From positions 62,001-126,000 of IMG/VR virus record IMGVR_UViG_3300020380_000001: a stretch of DNA of 64,000 nucleotides. One strand, given 5' to 3'. The first letter of the stretch is position 1. The number at the start of each line of letters is the position of its first letter. Below the pieces are notes generated by a model. The model was not told the DNA's origin, searched no databases, and saw only the letters and a list, made by a program, of their open reading frames with translations. Below, piece after piece: positions 8,647-18,981 of the stretch. The position numbers were made by a program, and so were the translations under genes.

Positions 8647-9735
8647 ATGCGCCTGGGCTTCAGTGCTGACGAGCTTGACAATGTAAAGCCGTATAGTGCG
8701 ATGTTGATGGATGACTTGAATGTTGCTGAGAAGATGATTCTCGATGCGCATCATGCAGGAAACCGTTCGGTAGTAATTGACTCGGGCACGCACCTCACTG
8801 AAACGTCTGGTTTTATTGAATCAGTTAACATCTTAAATGGCGGCAAGAACCTGTCGCCTATCCCCGCTAAAGTACAAATCGAACACTCTGTCGGTTACGG
8901 CGCCAAGTTTAAAGTGAACGTTGATAGCTACGGTGCCATAACTAGTGTGGATGTAGTAGAGCCTGGATCAGGTTATTACCCTGTTTTAGCCAAGGCTTAC
9001 CCGCCGGTCCGTTTTACGGAGAACGAACATACGTCGGCTGAGTTTACTGTAGTCGCTAGCGATACTGGCGCAGTACTAAAGGTGGTGCCTACTAAAGCAG
9101 GAACCGGGTACACTGTTGGTTCTGATATTATTATAGATCACCCAAATGGTTTCGGCGCTTCGGCGCAAATATCCGAGGTTGATTCTCAGGGAGGCATCCT
9201 GAGTGTAAGTGTATCTGCACCCGGTACAGGCTATTCGCCACGCTTACCTAGTATTGTTGTTTCCCACCCAGCAGGCAAAGGATTTGTAGCAGGCGCCATA
9301 CAGACTGAAAATGGTCGCATAAAGTCGATAGCAGTAAAGAGTGGCGGGTCTGGTTACAGTCCTATCCAGTGCCGTGTGCGCATGTCTAGTCGTACAGGAT
9401 CCGGTGCAAAGCTTAAGCCCTTGTTTTCGGCTGCGGGTGAAATTATAGGTGTTACCTTGTTATCAGGTGGCAGCGAGTATTCAGTGCATGATACAATTAC
9501 CGTTACCCCGAGTGAGTTCCATACAAACCCTGTACCAGCTATTTTAGAGCCTGTTGTAAATGTTAGCACGCCAACATCTACACCTTACTGGCAAGCATAC
9601 AGGAGTCCTGTGAAGTCCCAAGAAAGAGACTTTGTTTACAGATTTATAAGTATTTTAGAGGCTGCAAAATTTACTGTTAATGTAGTAACCAATCCGAGAA
9701 CACTCAACACACTAAAAATAACAATAAGTTGGTGA
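8647..9735 (+). CDS. virion structural protein with about five ~38-aa beta repeats ending in GxGY
   Basis: VVEPGSGY, PTKAGTGY, VSAPGTGY, VKSGGSGY, LLSGGSEY; repeat type seen in T4-like baseplate and tail proteins. Confidence 0.6.
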   Translation: MRLGFSADELDNVKPYSAMLMDDLNVAEKMILDAHHAGNRSVVIDSGTHLTETSGFIESVNILNGGKNLSPIPAKVQIEHSVGYGAKFKVNVDSYGAITSVDVVEPGSGYYPVLAKAYPPVRFTENEHTSAEFTVVASDTGAVLKVVPTKAGTGYTVGSDIIIDHPNGFGASAQISEVDSQGGILSVSVSAPGTGYSPRLPSIVVSHPAGKGFVAGAIQTENGRIKSIAVKSGGSGYSPIQCRVRMSSRTGSGAKLKPLFSAAGEIIGVTLLSGGSEYSVHDTITVTPSEFHTNPVPAILEPVVNVSTPTSTPYWQAYRSPVKSQERDFVYRFISILEAAKFTVNVVTNPRTLNTLKITISW

Positions 9736-9738
9736 TAT

Positions 9739-10437
9739 ATGATAGAACGTCCTGTCCTTGAGAGCCGGTTCGATTACGGCTCCGTAGAACGGGTTCTTGT
9801 TGATAGAAAATGGCGCTATGGCCCTGAAGGCCTTGCGCTCCCCGCAATAACAAGAATCCTTAACGCAACCAAAACAGAAGAATCCAAACAAGCACTTGAA
9901 GATTGGAAAGCGCGAGTAGGCGAAGAAGAAGCCGAACGCATTTCAAAAGAGTCAACAGGAATCGGTGATGCAATGCACGCCAATTTAGAGAACTGGCTCC
10001 TTGATACCGGCAAGGATCAAGAAGGCGCTTATTTGGCTAAACTCCTCACTAAACTAATGCAACTTGAAATCAATAAACATTGCGACGAAGTATGGGGCGT
10101 AGAAGTACCTGTATACTTGCCTGGCATGTACGGCGGCATATTGGATATGTCTGGTGTGTGGCGCGGTAAGCGTTCCGTTATTGATTTTAAAAATAGCAGA
10201 AAGCCTAAGCGCAAAGAATGGATAGAAGATTATCGCTGTCAGTGCGGTGCTTACGGCATTGCACATAACGCATTATTCAATTCAGGTATCGAACAAGCAG
10301 TTGTTTTGGTTGCGTGTTGGGAGACAGGCACGGTACAAGAGTTTGTTTTTTCTGGCGACGAGTATCGAGAATGCGAATCTCTTTGGGTGTCGAAATTAGA
10401 TGAGTATTACTCGACTAATCCGCTTCCTTCCAGTTAA
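9739..10437 (+). CDS. PD-(D/E)XK exonuclease (Cas4/RecB-like phage exonuclease)
   Basis: GDAMH, EVPVY, GILDM, IDFKNS and YRCQCGAY motifs. Confidence 0.8.
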   Translation: MIERPVLESRFDYGSVERVLVDRKWRYGPEGLALPAITRILNATKTEESKQALEDWKARVGEEEAERISKESTGIGDAMHANLENWLLDTGKDQEGAYLAKLLTKLMQLEINKHCDEVWGVEVPVYLPGMYGGILDMSGVWRGKRSVIDFKNSRKPKRKEWIEDYRCQCGAYGIAHNALFNSGIEQAVVLVACWETGTVQEFVFSGDEYRECESLWVSKLDEYYSTNPLPSS

Positions 10438-10440
10438 ATA
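10434..10440 (+). promoter_or_regulatory. T4-like late promoter box TTAAATA
   Basis: Overlaps the stop of the exonuclease gene, before 10465. Confidence 0.5.
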
Positions 10441-10464
10441 ATACTACTATTTGAAGGAATAACG

Positions 10465-11418
10465 ATGAACCCAACTACTACTATTAAGGTGGCTAGGCAA
10501 ACGAACCTACGCGGCCGACAAGTTGATCTACCTCAACCACTTGCTCCAGGCGAATTCGGCCAGTGCGTTGATACTCAACGAATCTACATCGGTGGTGATC
10601 CTGCGTATACGCCACCGGGCATTAACTATCTTGGATCTACCGAGGCACTAACTGGACAGAACTACCTAGAAACGCGCTTTATCCCTGTTCGTTTAGTAGA
10701 GGGAACAACCAAAGCTGACTTGGAAAACGAGTTCGGTTCTATGGTATCTGACCCGGCTACTGACATTAGGTTTAACGTGGAAACTGCGCTTATTGTTCTC
10801 CCTGCAGGCACCACAGCTTCTGAGAAACTAGGCGCTGAAACCACGGTATCGGGCAGCTCATTGATAGAAGAAATTCTAGATACTGAAACGGTTGGATTCA
10901 CTGTAGAGACCGGCGGTCACGGCGAAGCTTCACTAATAGCAACGGCCATGAACGAGATGTCTAACAGGGCAATAGCCAATGTTCGTCTGAATATAGAGCT
11001 GAAGACATCGGTTGACACTGAAACCATTATTGTTACTAGTCCGGGTGAAAACATTTACGCGCCGTTGCGTTGGACATTGCCGCCAACTGGATCCTTTTTG
11101 GATTTTCCAGACGGCGGACTAATATTCGAAACTACCGAGAGTGACGTGTTCACGTGTGAGTATTCACTTGAAATGGCAGACGGTGGCGAAACGTATTTCA
11201 GTTCAGGTATAATTTCCGCCCACTTAAGTCCGTTAACCCAAACTGGACAAGTTTCAACGCAAGGACCGTCCGTAAGAGTACCCGATGGCTTATCTGGCTA
11301 TGTTACGTTTTCGGTGGACTTTCTTACGCCTGACAGGGCGGTGTGGCGCTATAAGAACACATTTAACGCAGACGCCAAGCTTTCAATGGTTATAAGGCGA
11401 TTTGCTTCAAGAGATTAA
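10465..11418 (+). CDS. virion structural protein with an Mtd-N/hyaluronidase-N-like leader
   Basis: N-terminal RGRQVDLPQPLAPGEFGQCVDTQRIYIG; late box at 10434. Confidence 0.5.
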   Translation: MNPTTTIKVARQTNLRGRQVDLPQPLAPGEFGQCVDTQRIYIGGDPAYTPPGINYLGSTEALTGQNYLETRFIPVRLVEGTTKADLENEFGSMVSDPATDIRFNVETALIVLPAGTTASEKLGAETTVSGSSLIEEILDTETVGFTVETGGHGEASLIATAMNEMSNRAIANVRLNIELKTSVDTETIIVTSPGENIYAPLRWTLPPTGSFLDFPDGGLIFETTESDVFTCEYSLEMADGGETYFSSGIISAHLSPLTQTGQVSTQGPSVRVPDGLSGYVTFSVDFLTPDRAVWRYKNTFNADAKLSMVIRRFASRD

Positions 11419-11430
11419 ACAGGGGTGCGT

Positions 11431-11889
11431 ATGACACATACAGATTGGACTCAACTTGACTTTGAAGATTTTATGGCACTGTGGCGCAAAATGCGTGTTG
11501 ACCTGCCTGTACTAAGCGCTGAAGAATTAGGTTCTCATTTGCGTGAAAAGTTTGCAAGGTTTCCTATCGAGACGGGCAAAACACTAGATCCCTATTCCCC
11601 GTCTAACTGGCCTAGTCCGTGGGAGCAGATTACTGATAGTCTGTTCTGTTCCTGTGGCTTAGGCGTATTTCTTTACTACACAATAAGTCTTTCAGAATCG
11701 TACGCCGACGACGATTTCGGGATTTATTACGTAGAAAAAGAAGGCTATGACAGGATAGTCATCGTAAATAACACACATGGTTGGTTTATAGATACACTGA
11801 CTTATGATGGCGGTACGGTGTCTGACTTGCAAGTAGGAAAAATACTTGCCTCTTACAGTAGTCAAGACCTACCGAGATACAATAACTAG
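11431..11889 (+). CDS. hypothetical protein
   Basis: ORF track; AGGGG RBS before ATG 11431. Confidence 0.7.
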   Translation: MTHTDWTQLDFEDFMALWRKMRVDLPVLSAEELGSHLREKFARFPIETGKTLDPYSPSNWPSPWEQITDSLFCSCGLGVFLYYTISLSESYADDDFGIYYVEKEGYDRIVIVNNTHGWFIDTLTYDGGTVSDLQVGKILASYSSQDLPRYNN

Positions 11890-11899
11890 CGAGACGAAA

Positions 11900-14239
11900 A
11901 TGACAGAAGAGATCCGCATTAAGAAGCGTGACGGTTCACTCGAGCCCTTCAATATCGAGAAAATCCACAAAGTAGTACAATGGGCATGTAACGGCTTAAC
12001 CGGTGTTTCGCCATCACAAATAGAACTTAAATCAAAGCTTTACTTCTACGACGGGATGGAATCGCAAGCGATTCATAAAACGTTAACTAAAACCGCAGCT
12101 GATTTGATCACTCCGGAAGACAGTAACTATCAATACGTTGCGAGTAAGTTGGTGAACTTTAACTTGCGTAAAGAAGTATACGGGCAACCCGAGCCGTGGC
12201 ACTTGCGTAAAATTGTTGAGCGCAATATCACGCTGGGATGGTACACTGAAGAACTTAAAGAGTGGTACAGTGACGAAGAGTTAAATTATCTTAATAAAAT
12301 CATTAAACATGACCGCGACTATGATATTAGTTACGCTGGTATGGGGCAGTGGTTAGGTAAGTATTTGGCACAAGATCGTGTGAAAGAAGAGCACTTTGAA
12401 ACCCCGCAGGTGGCTTATGTGTTGATCGCTGCTACGTTGTTCCATGATTACCCCGCAGACACTCGTATGAAGTTTGTTAAGGACTACTACGATGCATTGA
12501 GTAAATTTAAGATTAGTGTACCGACACCGGTTCTAGCGGGCGCCAGAACACGCGAAAAGCAGTTCAGTTCTTGTGTACTTATTGAGTCAGCGGATAGCTT
12601 GGATTCAATTAACGCAACATCGTCTGCCATTGTAAACTACGTTTCACAGAAAGCGGGCATTGGTATTAACATCGGTCGCATTCGTCCGGTTGGTACTAAA
12701 GTACGAGGCGGCGATGTCGAGCATACTGGCGTTATCCCGTTCCTTAAGTATTTCCAGGCAGCACTTAAGTCTTGTTCGCAAGGCGGGGTACGCGGCGGCT
12801 CTGCTACTGTGTATTATCCATACTTCCATGGCGAAGTAGAAAACCTTCTTGTTGCTAAAAACAACAAAGGGACTGAAGAAAGCCGCGTGCGTCATGTAGA
12901 CTACGGTATTCAGTTTAACAAGCTAATATATGAGCGTGCACTAACCGGTCAAGATGTTACCTTGTTTAACTCAAGTGAAGTGCCGCAGTTATGGGACACG
13001 TTTTACTCGGGCGATAACGATGCATTTGCCAAGCTTTACTGTGAGTTAGAAAAGTCACCTAAAGTTACGTACAAGCGCAAAGTCAACGCGTATGAGTTAA
13101 TGTCGCAGTTTCTAGATGAAAGACAAAACACTGGTCGAATTTACTTGCAGAATATCGATCACTGTAATACTCACAGCTCGTTTGACCAAACCAAACACCC
13201 TGTGACTATGTCTAACTTGTGTGCTGAGATTACGTTGCCTACTAAGCCTTTTGAGTCACTACATGATGAATCAGGCCGTATTGCGCTTTGTACGTTATCG
13301 GCGATTAACTGGGGTGTAATTAATAAGCCCGAAGACTTTGAGAAACCGTGTGACTTAGCTGTTCGCAGCCTTGACGCGCTGTTATCATACCAAAACTATC
13401 CGGCTATCCAGGCTGAGCTTTCTACTAGAGAGTTTAGAACTTTGGGTATAGGTATCAACAACTTAGCATACTTCCTTGCTAAGAACGGTACCGGGTATAC
13501 ACAAGAGTCGGCGCTAGAGTTAGTTGACGAGTATATGGAAGCAATGAGTTTCTACATCATTAAAGCTTCTGTTCAGTTAGCTAAAGAGAAAGGCGCGTGT
13601 GAATTATCGCATGAGACCAAGTACGGACAGGGTTTATTCCCGTGGGAAACTGCGCATAAAAACGTTAATGACTTGGTGCCGTTGAACTTACGCATGGACT
13701 GGGAATCGCTGCGCACTGATATGAAGAAGTACGGTGTTCGTAATGCTGCGATGATGGCATGTATGCCGAGTGAGTCTTCTAGCCAGCTTATTAACGCTAC
13801 TAACGGTGTTGAGCCACCGCGTGGTTTTGTTAGCGAAAAGTCAAGCAAACACGGTGTGTTTAAGCAAGTAGTGCCTGAGTACAACAAGTACAAAAACAAG
13901 TACGAACTGTTATGGGATCAAGAGTCGCCGCGTGGTTACTTGTCTATTATGGCTGTGTTACAGCGCTACATGGATCAGACCATATCCGCTAACACAAGTT
14001 ATAACCCGTTACACTTCAAAACTCTTGATGCTAATGGCGGCGAGATGAAGAGTAAGATTCCACTTACTACGTTGATTGAAGACTTGTACTTCACTTACTC
14101 TCACGGCGTTAAAACGTTGTATTATGCGAACACGTATGATGCAAACGAAGGTGACGGCACTGAGAAGAAAGACGACGTTGAAGAGCCGTTACCGGTTGAG
14201 ATTATCGACGACGATGACTGTGAAGGGTGTGTACTGTAA
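11900..14239 (+). CDS. nrdA: ribonucleotide reductase class Ia alpha subunit
   Basis: N-terminal ATP cone (IKKRDG), FSSCVLI, SNLCAEITLP, LCTLSA, MPSESSS, C-terminal CxxC (CEGC). Confidence 0.97.
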   Translation: MTEEIRIKKRDGSLEPFNIEKIHKVVQWACNGLTGVSPSQIELKSKLYFYDGMESQAIHKTLTKTAADLITPEDSNYQYVASKLVNFNLRKEVYGQPEPWHLRKIVERNITLGWYTEELKEWYSDEELNYLNKIIKHDRDYDISYAGMGQWLGKYLAQDRVKEEHFETPQVAYVLIAATLFHDYPADTRMKFVKDYYDALSKFKISVPTPVLAGARTREKQFSSCVLIESADSLDSINATSSAIVNYVSQKAGIGINIGRIRPVGTKVRGGDVEHTGVIPFLKYFQAALKSCSQGGVRGGSATVYYPYFHGEVENLLVAKNNKGTEESRVRHVDYGIQFNKLIYERALTGQDVTLFNSSEVPQLWDTFYSGDNDAFAKLYCELEKSPKVTYKRKVNAYELMSQFLDERQNTGRIYLQNIDHCNTHSSFDQTKHPVTMSNLCAEITLPTKPFESLHDESGRIALCTLSAINWGVINKPEDFEKPCDLAVRSLDALLSYQNYPAIQAELSTREFRTLGIGINNLAYFLAKNGTGYTQESALELVDEYMEAMSFYIIKASVQLAKEKGACELSHETKYGQGLFPWETAHKNVNDLVPLNLRMDWESLRTDMKKYGVRNAAMMACMPSESSSQLINATNGVEPPRGFVSEKSSKHGVFKQVVPEYNKYKNKYELLWDQESPRGYLSIMAVLQRYMDQTISANTSYNPLHFKTLDANGGEMKSKIPLTTLIEDLYFTYSHGVKTLYYANTYDANEGDGTEKKDDVEEPLPVEIIDDDDCEGCVL

Positions 14240-15129
14240 TGAATATTGAAGCACTATCCAATATGACAGCCAAAGAGTTGGGCAGTGCGGCCAATAAAAA
14301 CATGCAGGAGGAGTTGCTTATGGCAACTCCGTTTTTACCGGAGAGTGCGACTTGGACTCAAAGGAAATGGCATGTAATAAACGAAAGCTATGAAGCGGTG
14401 CTATGTGACGATTGTGACAAGCACGCTAAGTGGTCTGGCCGTGGCTATTCAAAGTACTGCGGCGGTGATGTGTGTAACACACCTAGCGAGCCTATTAGTG
14501 ACATTATTGATAAGGAAGTTAGTGAAAAGATCACCTTGCCTTATTTCGAACAAATTGTCGCATATATGCGTCGTTTAATAGGTGATGAAAACATAGTTAT
14601 AGACGAAAACAAAGTCGGCTATAAGCAAGGCAACTACCGCGGTATATCCGCTAAACCTGCGCTTGGGTACTTACATGTGAGTGAGTACGACTGGGTTAAG
14701 AAGAATTCGCTGTCTATGAGCTTCATAAACAGAGAATACGGGGCTCATAAGGGCCATGTGCATCCTAACTCCATTAAAGTAGTTAACGTGCCTGTCGGTT
14801 TATACAGAAGCTTTTTCAACAAGTATAGTTTTGACGATTCTACTGTTGGTAAGACCTGTATAGGGCTCTATAGTGGCACTGAGCTTATAGCCGCTGTGCT
14901 TTTTGACTACGAAAATGAAGCGCAAGGGAAGTGGCGGATTATAAATAAAGCAATAAAAGTAGACAGACACGTAGATGCCGCAATAACTCGCATCACTGAA
15001 TACTTTAAGGCGACTTTTTTCCCTAAAGAAATTAGTTTAATCCTGAACCCTTACAAAGACAATGTGCAAGCCTGGGAGAACCGCGGGTTTATGCAACATG
15101 AAGATCGATACATTTGGAAGAGTAAATGA
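14239..15129 (+). mobile_element. Hef-like freestanding homing endonuclease remnant between nrdA and nrdB
   Basis: CxxC...C...C zinc module, YLHVSEYDWVKK segment and GNAT-like C-terminal half resemble Hef-family proteins; sits in the nrdA-nrdB interval, a known homing-endonuclease hotspot; nuclease core looks eroded. Confidence 0.5.
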
Positions 15130-16250
15130 AGTCAGTATATAACCTCGACAACGTAAAATCCAACGTGCAGTGCAACACGTTCTTGGATGCAGACAATGAC
15201 GGCGTGACAGTTGCGCGGTACGATAAAATTAGATACAGTACAGTTCAGCGTATGACTGAACAACAAGTGGGCTACTTTTGGCAGCCGGAAGAAGTTGACT
15301 TGAGTAAAGACGTTCGTGACTTTAAAAAGCTCACACCAGCTGAGCAACGTATCTTCACGTATAACTTGCGCAGACAAATCTTGTTAGATTCAATTCAAGG
15401 ACGCTCGCCTAACTTAGTGTTCTTACCGGTTGTTACCTTGCCTGAAGCAGAAACGTTTATCGAGACGTGGAGTTTCTTTGAGTCTATCCATAACAGATCA
15501 TACTCGCACATTATCCGTAACGTGTATTCCGATCCAGGCGAAGTATTTGACGGCATTAACAACATCCAACCAATTGTTGACTGTGCTAAGTCAATTGCCA
15601 AGTACTATGACGTGCTTGATTATAACAATTGTTATGTGCGCGTACATGGCTATGATGATAACCTTAGTCTTTATGAGCACAAGAAGTCACTATGGATGGC
15701 ACTAAATGCAGTAAACGCACTTGAAGGCATTCGTTTTTATGTGTCGTTTGCGTGCTCTTGGGCATTCGCTGAACAGAAGAAAATGGAAGGTAACGCCAAA
15801 GTTATTAAGTTTATTTGCCGTGACGAAAATATCCACTTAATGTTCACCCAGAACGCTATTAAGACACTGCCTAAAGAAGATCCGGACTTTGCAAAAATAC
15901 GTGAAGAAACCCGCGACGAGTGCAATGCGTTGTTTGTGGAAGCCATCGAGCAAGAAAAAGAATGGGCTAAATTCCTGTTTGAAGAAGGCTCAATGATAGG
16001 CTTAACTGAAGGCCTTTTATGTAACTATGTTGAGTGGATTGGCCATAACCGTATGCGTGCTATTCAACTAAACAGTCCGTATTCTCCAGGCCAAGCTAAC
16101 CCGCTACCGTGGACTACGAGCTGGATTGCCGGCAAGACACGCCAGGCAGCACCGCAAGAAACAGAACTTGAATCTTACGTTATTGGTGAGATTGACAAAC
16201 GTGTGCCTGAAAACTTTATGAAAGATTTGGCATCCAAAATAAAACTATAA
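15126..16250 (+). CDS. nrdB: ribonucleotide reductase class Ia beta subunit
   Basis: QILLDSIQ, ESIHNRSY, EGIRFYVSF, RDENIH di-iron ligands. Confidence 0.97.
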   Translation: MKSVYNLDNVKSNVQCNTFLDADNDGVTVARYDKIRYSTVQRMTEQQVGYFWQPEEVDLSKDVRDFKKLTPAEQRIFTYNLRRQILLDSIQGRSPNLVFLPVVTLPEAETFIETWSFFESIHNRSYSHIIRNVYSDPGEVFDGINNIQPIVDCAKSIAKYYDVLDYNNCYVRVHGYDDNLSLYEHKKSLWMALNAVNALEGIRFYVSFACSWAFAEQKKMEGNAKVIKFICRDENIHLMFTQNAIKTLPKEDPDFAKIREETRDECNALFVEAIEQEKEWAKFLFEEGSMIGLTEGLLCNYVEWIGHNRMRAIQLNSPYSPGQANPLPWTTSWIAGKTRQAAPQETELESYVIGEIDKRVPENFMKDLASKIKL

Positions 16251-16263
16251 AAAGGAAACACAC

Positions 16264-16569
16264 ATGCTCATACAGCCTACATACTCATTGAACGAGACAC
16301 CTGGAAAAATATTCATGTTCCAAATGTCAAATGGCGCTGAAGTCATTGGCAAAGTAAAGTCTGTGGACGACAGTAGTCTTATAATAGAAAAACCCATCCG
16401 ACTTGCGATACAGGGACAAGGACAAATTATGCCGTTTAGCTACGCAATCGGCAACCCGGAGGCAGACACCGTTGTATTCATGCGCCATGCATTGACGTCG
16501 TACTATTCACCTTCCAAAGACATGGAAGAAATGTACATTCAGAATACAACTGGTATTGAACTCGCCTAA
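16264..16569 (+). CDS. small Sm/SH3-like beta-barrel hypothetical protein
   Basis: MSNGAEVIGKV...IEKPIRL pattern; AAGGA RBS. Confidence 0.6.
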   Translation: MLIQPTYSLNETPGKIFMFQMSNGAEVIGKVKSVDDSSLIIEKPIRLAIQGQGQIMPFSYAIGNPEADTVVFMRHALTSYYSPSKDMEEMYIQNTTGIELA

Positions 16570-16633
16570 TAGCCGCAAAAGGTGAAAATATCGTAAATAC
16601 TCCTAGTAATACACAATATTTAGGGAGTTTTAC

Positions 16634-16801
16634 ATGGCGAAGAATGCCTTTGAAATCCGTACAGACATTTTGGAATTAGCTACTAAGATTGTTCTTGCCG
16701 GATCTAAAGAATCAGAAAAATGCGAAGTAGAAGAAGTACTTAAAGTAGCAAACGAGTTGAACAAATTCGTAAGTGAAAAAAGTGATTCATCCTCGCGATA
16801 A
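16634..16801 (+). CDS. small conserved-looking phage protein (55 aa, MAKNAFEIRTDILELA...), absent from the track
   Basis: Translated by hand; GGGAG RBS, GTAAATA late box at 16593, terminator after the stop. Confidence 0.75.
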   Translation: MAKNAFEIRTDILELATKIVLAGSKESEKCEVEEVLKVANELNKFVSEKSDSSSR

Positions 16802-16814
16802 AGTACCGCAGTAG

Positions 16815-16841
16815 AAAGCGCTCATATAAAGGGCGCTTTTT
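16815..16841 (+). terminator. intrinsic terminator
   Basis: AAAGCGCTC-loop-GGGCGCTTTTT. Confidence 0.75.
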
Positions 16842-16873
16842 CATTTCAAACAAACCGCACAAAATTAAATATC

Positions 16874-16902
16874 TAGACTTTTGCGTAATACTAATATAGA
16901 AT
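16874..16902 (+). promoter_or_regulatory. sigma70-type promoter TAGACT-17-TAGAAT
   Basis: A-rich UP element; drives the paralog array. Confidence 0.6.
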
Positions 16903-16933
16903 TGATGTAATATTTCTATAAAAGTAAAACGCC

Positions 16934-17917
16934 ATGATTAAATTGTCAGAACCGATATTTGTGGCTGACCCTATTATTGATTTAATAGGCGAGGCTGCCC
17001 CGTTGTATACCGTTATAAACTACGAATCAGTTAGTAAAAAATTCCTGACAAAAGGAATGTGGTGGGTGCTTGATACAAGCCTCCAGGACAAACTTTCCCA
17101 AGGCACTGATATCTACCGACAATGGATCGCTTATGTATTAGAAGATATTATCACCGAAGCGACCAGTGTTAGGTACGATATAGTATGTGATGCAGAAGAA
17201 ATAACAGCTATACCGGGCGGCGAGGTTTTCCGTAGCTCTTTCCATTGGCGCAAGGGAGGACCAAACAATAGTGGGTCACGTCCAGAAGCCTTAGCAATCG
17301 GTAAGGTTGCCATACAAGTAGACGATAATAATCACCTGCACAAAACAGATGGGCCTGCGGTCCATGCTAAATTTTTCCATTGTCTGGAAGGAGAGTCTAA
17401 CGTTTTTGACTACGAGTACAGTATGTACATGTTGCACGGCATGCCGCACCGTTTAGACGGGCCTGCGATTGAGGTCAAGATATTTGATCCTCTAACACAG
17501 GAATATATTCTTCATATTGAAGTATGTGCAGTTGCCGGAAAACTACACAACGTAGGTGATGTACCTGCGATTCATATGAATAAAGGTGATTACACACTTA
17601 AGCTGTTCTTTGAAAACGGTACGTTAGTGTCGGGATCCAGAAGTGACGAATACGGTAATGTGACTATAGATACTACCCGGCACGGGTTTGTTGTATCCGA
17701 AGCAAACGTTGACTCTGCTGCCGTAGACGGCGTAGTCCACTTTGATAAGACAGGCGATCTGCATAATCCGGTAGGCCCTGCTGTTATAACTCCTAGAAGC
17801 GCCAGTTATTACCTACATGGCAAAGAAACAACATTTGAAGCAATGTGTTCGTTAGGGCTGGTTACTAAAACTGAAGAAATAATGATTGCGCTATCACACG
17901 GTGAGGTGGTTTCATGA
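16934..17917 (+). CDS. LH(R/N)xxGPA-repeat protein, paralog 1
   Basis: LHKTDGPAV, PHRLDGPAI, LHNVGDVPAI, LHNPVGPAV. Confidence 0.75.
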   Translation: MIKLSEPIFVADPIIDLIGEAAPLYTVINYESVSKKFLTKGMWWVLDTSLQDKLSQGTDIYRQWIAYVLEDIITEATSVRYDIVCDAEEITAIPGGEVFRSSFHWRKGGPNNSGSRPEALAIGKVAIQVDDNNHLHKTDGPAVHAKFFHCLEGESNVFDYEYSMYMLHGMPHRLDGPAIEVKIFDPLTQEYILHIEVCAVAGKLHNVGDVPAIHMNKGDYTLKLFFENGTLVSGSRSDEYGNVTIDTTRHGFVVSEANVDSAAVDGVVHFDKTGDLHNPVGPAVITPRSASYYLHGKETTFEAMCSLGLVTKTEEIMIALSHGEVVS

Positions 17918-18981
17918 GATACGACGAACACGCGCTTGTGACATATACGCCCGCGTTTTACCGGACCGGGATGCCTAACAATATAGATCATCATTTGTTA
18001 GAGATGGGATTGAAAAACGACGGCGCTATCTATATGGAAAGCATTTCGGATCTTATACGTAAGACGAATGATTCTGGTATCGGGAGAAGGATAAAGACAC
18101 TTGCTCTGCACTACCGTGGAGGCCCTGACAACCGCGAGTACTTGAACGATGTGGAGGACTTGGCGCTGACTATTATTGAAGCGCTAAGTGTGCACCCACT
18201 ATTTCTTGGTATGTTTATGCTTAAAGACTCAGATCTTGACGCTGATTGGCTTCAACGTTTCGAGGTCAATAAGGTAGGCGAAGACTTAAACCAAGTCGTT
18301 ATTTATTCTGACTTCAGAGGTTACAAATCCCACTACACTGAGTTCTATTGTACTGATAGAGCTGAGATAGTTACGCCGGAAGACGACAAACCTGCGCTAG
18401 TTATACGCGCTGCTAAAGGTCTGTCGATAGGCACTAATACTCGCTTGTCGATATACCTGAATCGTTTTGGTAAATTACACCGTGATGGTGATCGCCCCGC
18501 GCTAGTATTAAATGATCGTGACGGATACCGAAACTTTATTATATGCGCACGGGATGGCGAGTTACATCGCAACCATGATGAACCTGCGCTTTACGGAACG
18601 TCGAGAGACTTTACCTTGTCAGTTCACGCACGTGACGGCCACATACATAACGAACAGGGTCCTGCCATTGATTATAATGTTAAGAGAGAAGAATCATACA
18701 CCTCTTATATTGTGAACGGCAAGCCTAGAACATCTACCCCGTCGGCTGCGCATGTTTACCTGACAACAAACCTGCTTACTCATTATTACTTAGATGATAA
18801 TTTTGAGATACACAACGAGTACGGTCCTGCTATTAAAAGTAGCAACGCGGGCAAGTCTGTTATGCGGGTGTACGCAAGGCATGGACACAAAATGTCTGGT
18901 AAAGAAGAGTGGCTAATGCGCTCAAAAATGACAGAGGCCGAAAAGGGGCTATACGTGCTAGGAGAAGACCTCGATGATTAA
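17914..18981 (+). CDS. LH(R/N)xxGPA-repeat protein, paralog 2
   Basis: LHRDGDRPAL, LHRNHDEPAL, IHNEQGPAI, IHNEYGPAI; ATGA overlap. Confidence 0.75.
   Translation: MRYDEHALVTYTPAFYRTGMPNNIDHHLLEMGLKNDGAIYMESISDLIRKTNDSGIGRRIKTLALHYRGGPDNREYLNDVEDLALTIIEALSVHPLFLGMFMLKDSDLDADWLQRFEVNKVGEDLNQVVIYSDFRGYKSHYTEFYCTDRAEIVTPEDDKPALVIRAAKGLSIGTNTRLSIYLNRFGKLHRDGDRPALVLNDRDGYRNFIICARDGELHRNHDEPALYGTSRDFTLSVHARDGHIHNEQGPAIDYNVKREESYTSYIVNGKPRTSTPSAAHVYLTTNLLTHYYLDDNFEIHNEYGPAIKSSNAGKSVMRVYARHGHKMSGKEEWLMRSKMTEAEKGLYVLGEDLDD

Noticed and set aside
9739-10437. Cas4-like nuclease as a sign of CRISPR-Cas
   Set aside because: No repeat-spacer array or other cas genes in the window; solo Cas4-like exonucleases are common in phages
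11900-16250. Introns or inteins in nrdA/nrdB
   Set aside because: Both proteins have normal lengths and continuous motif order
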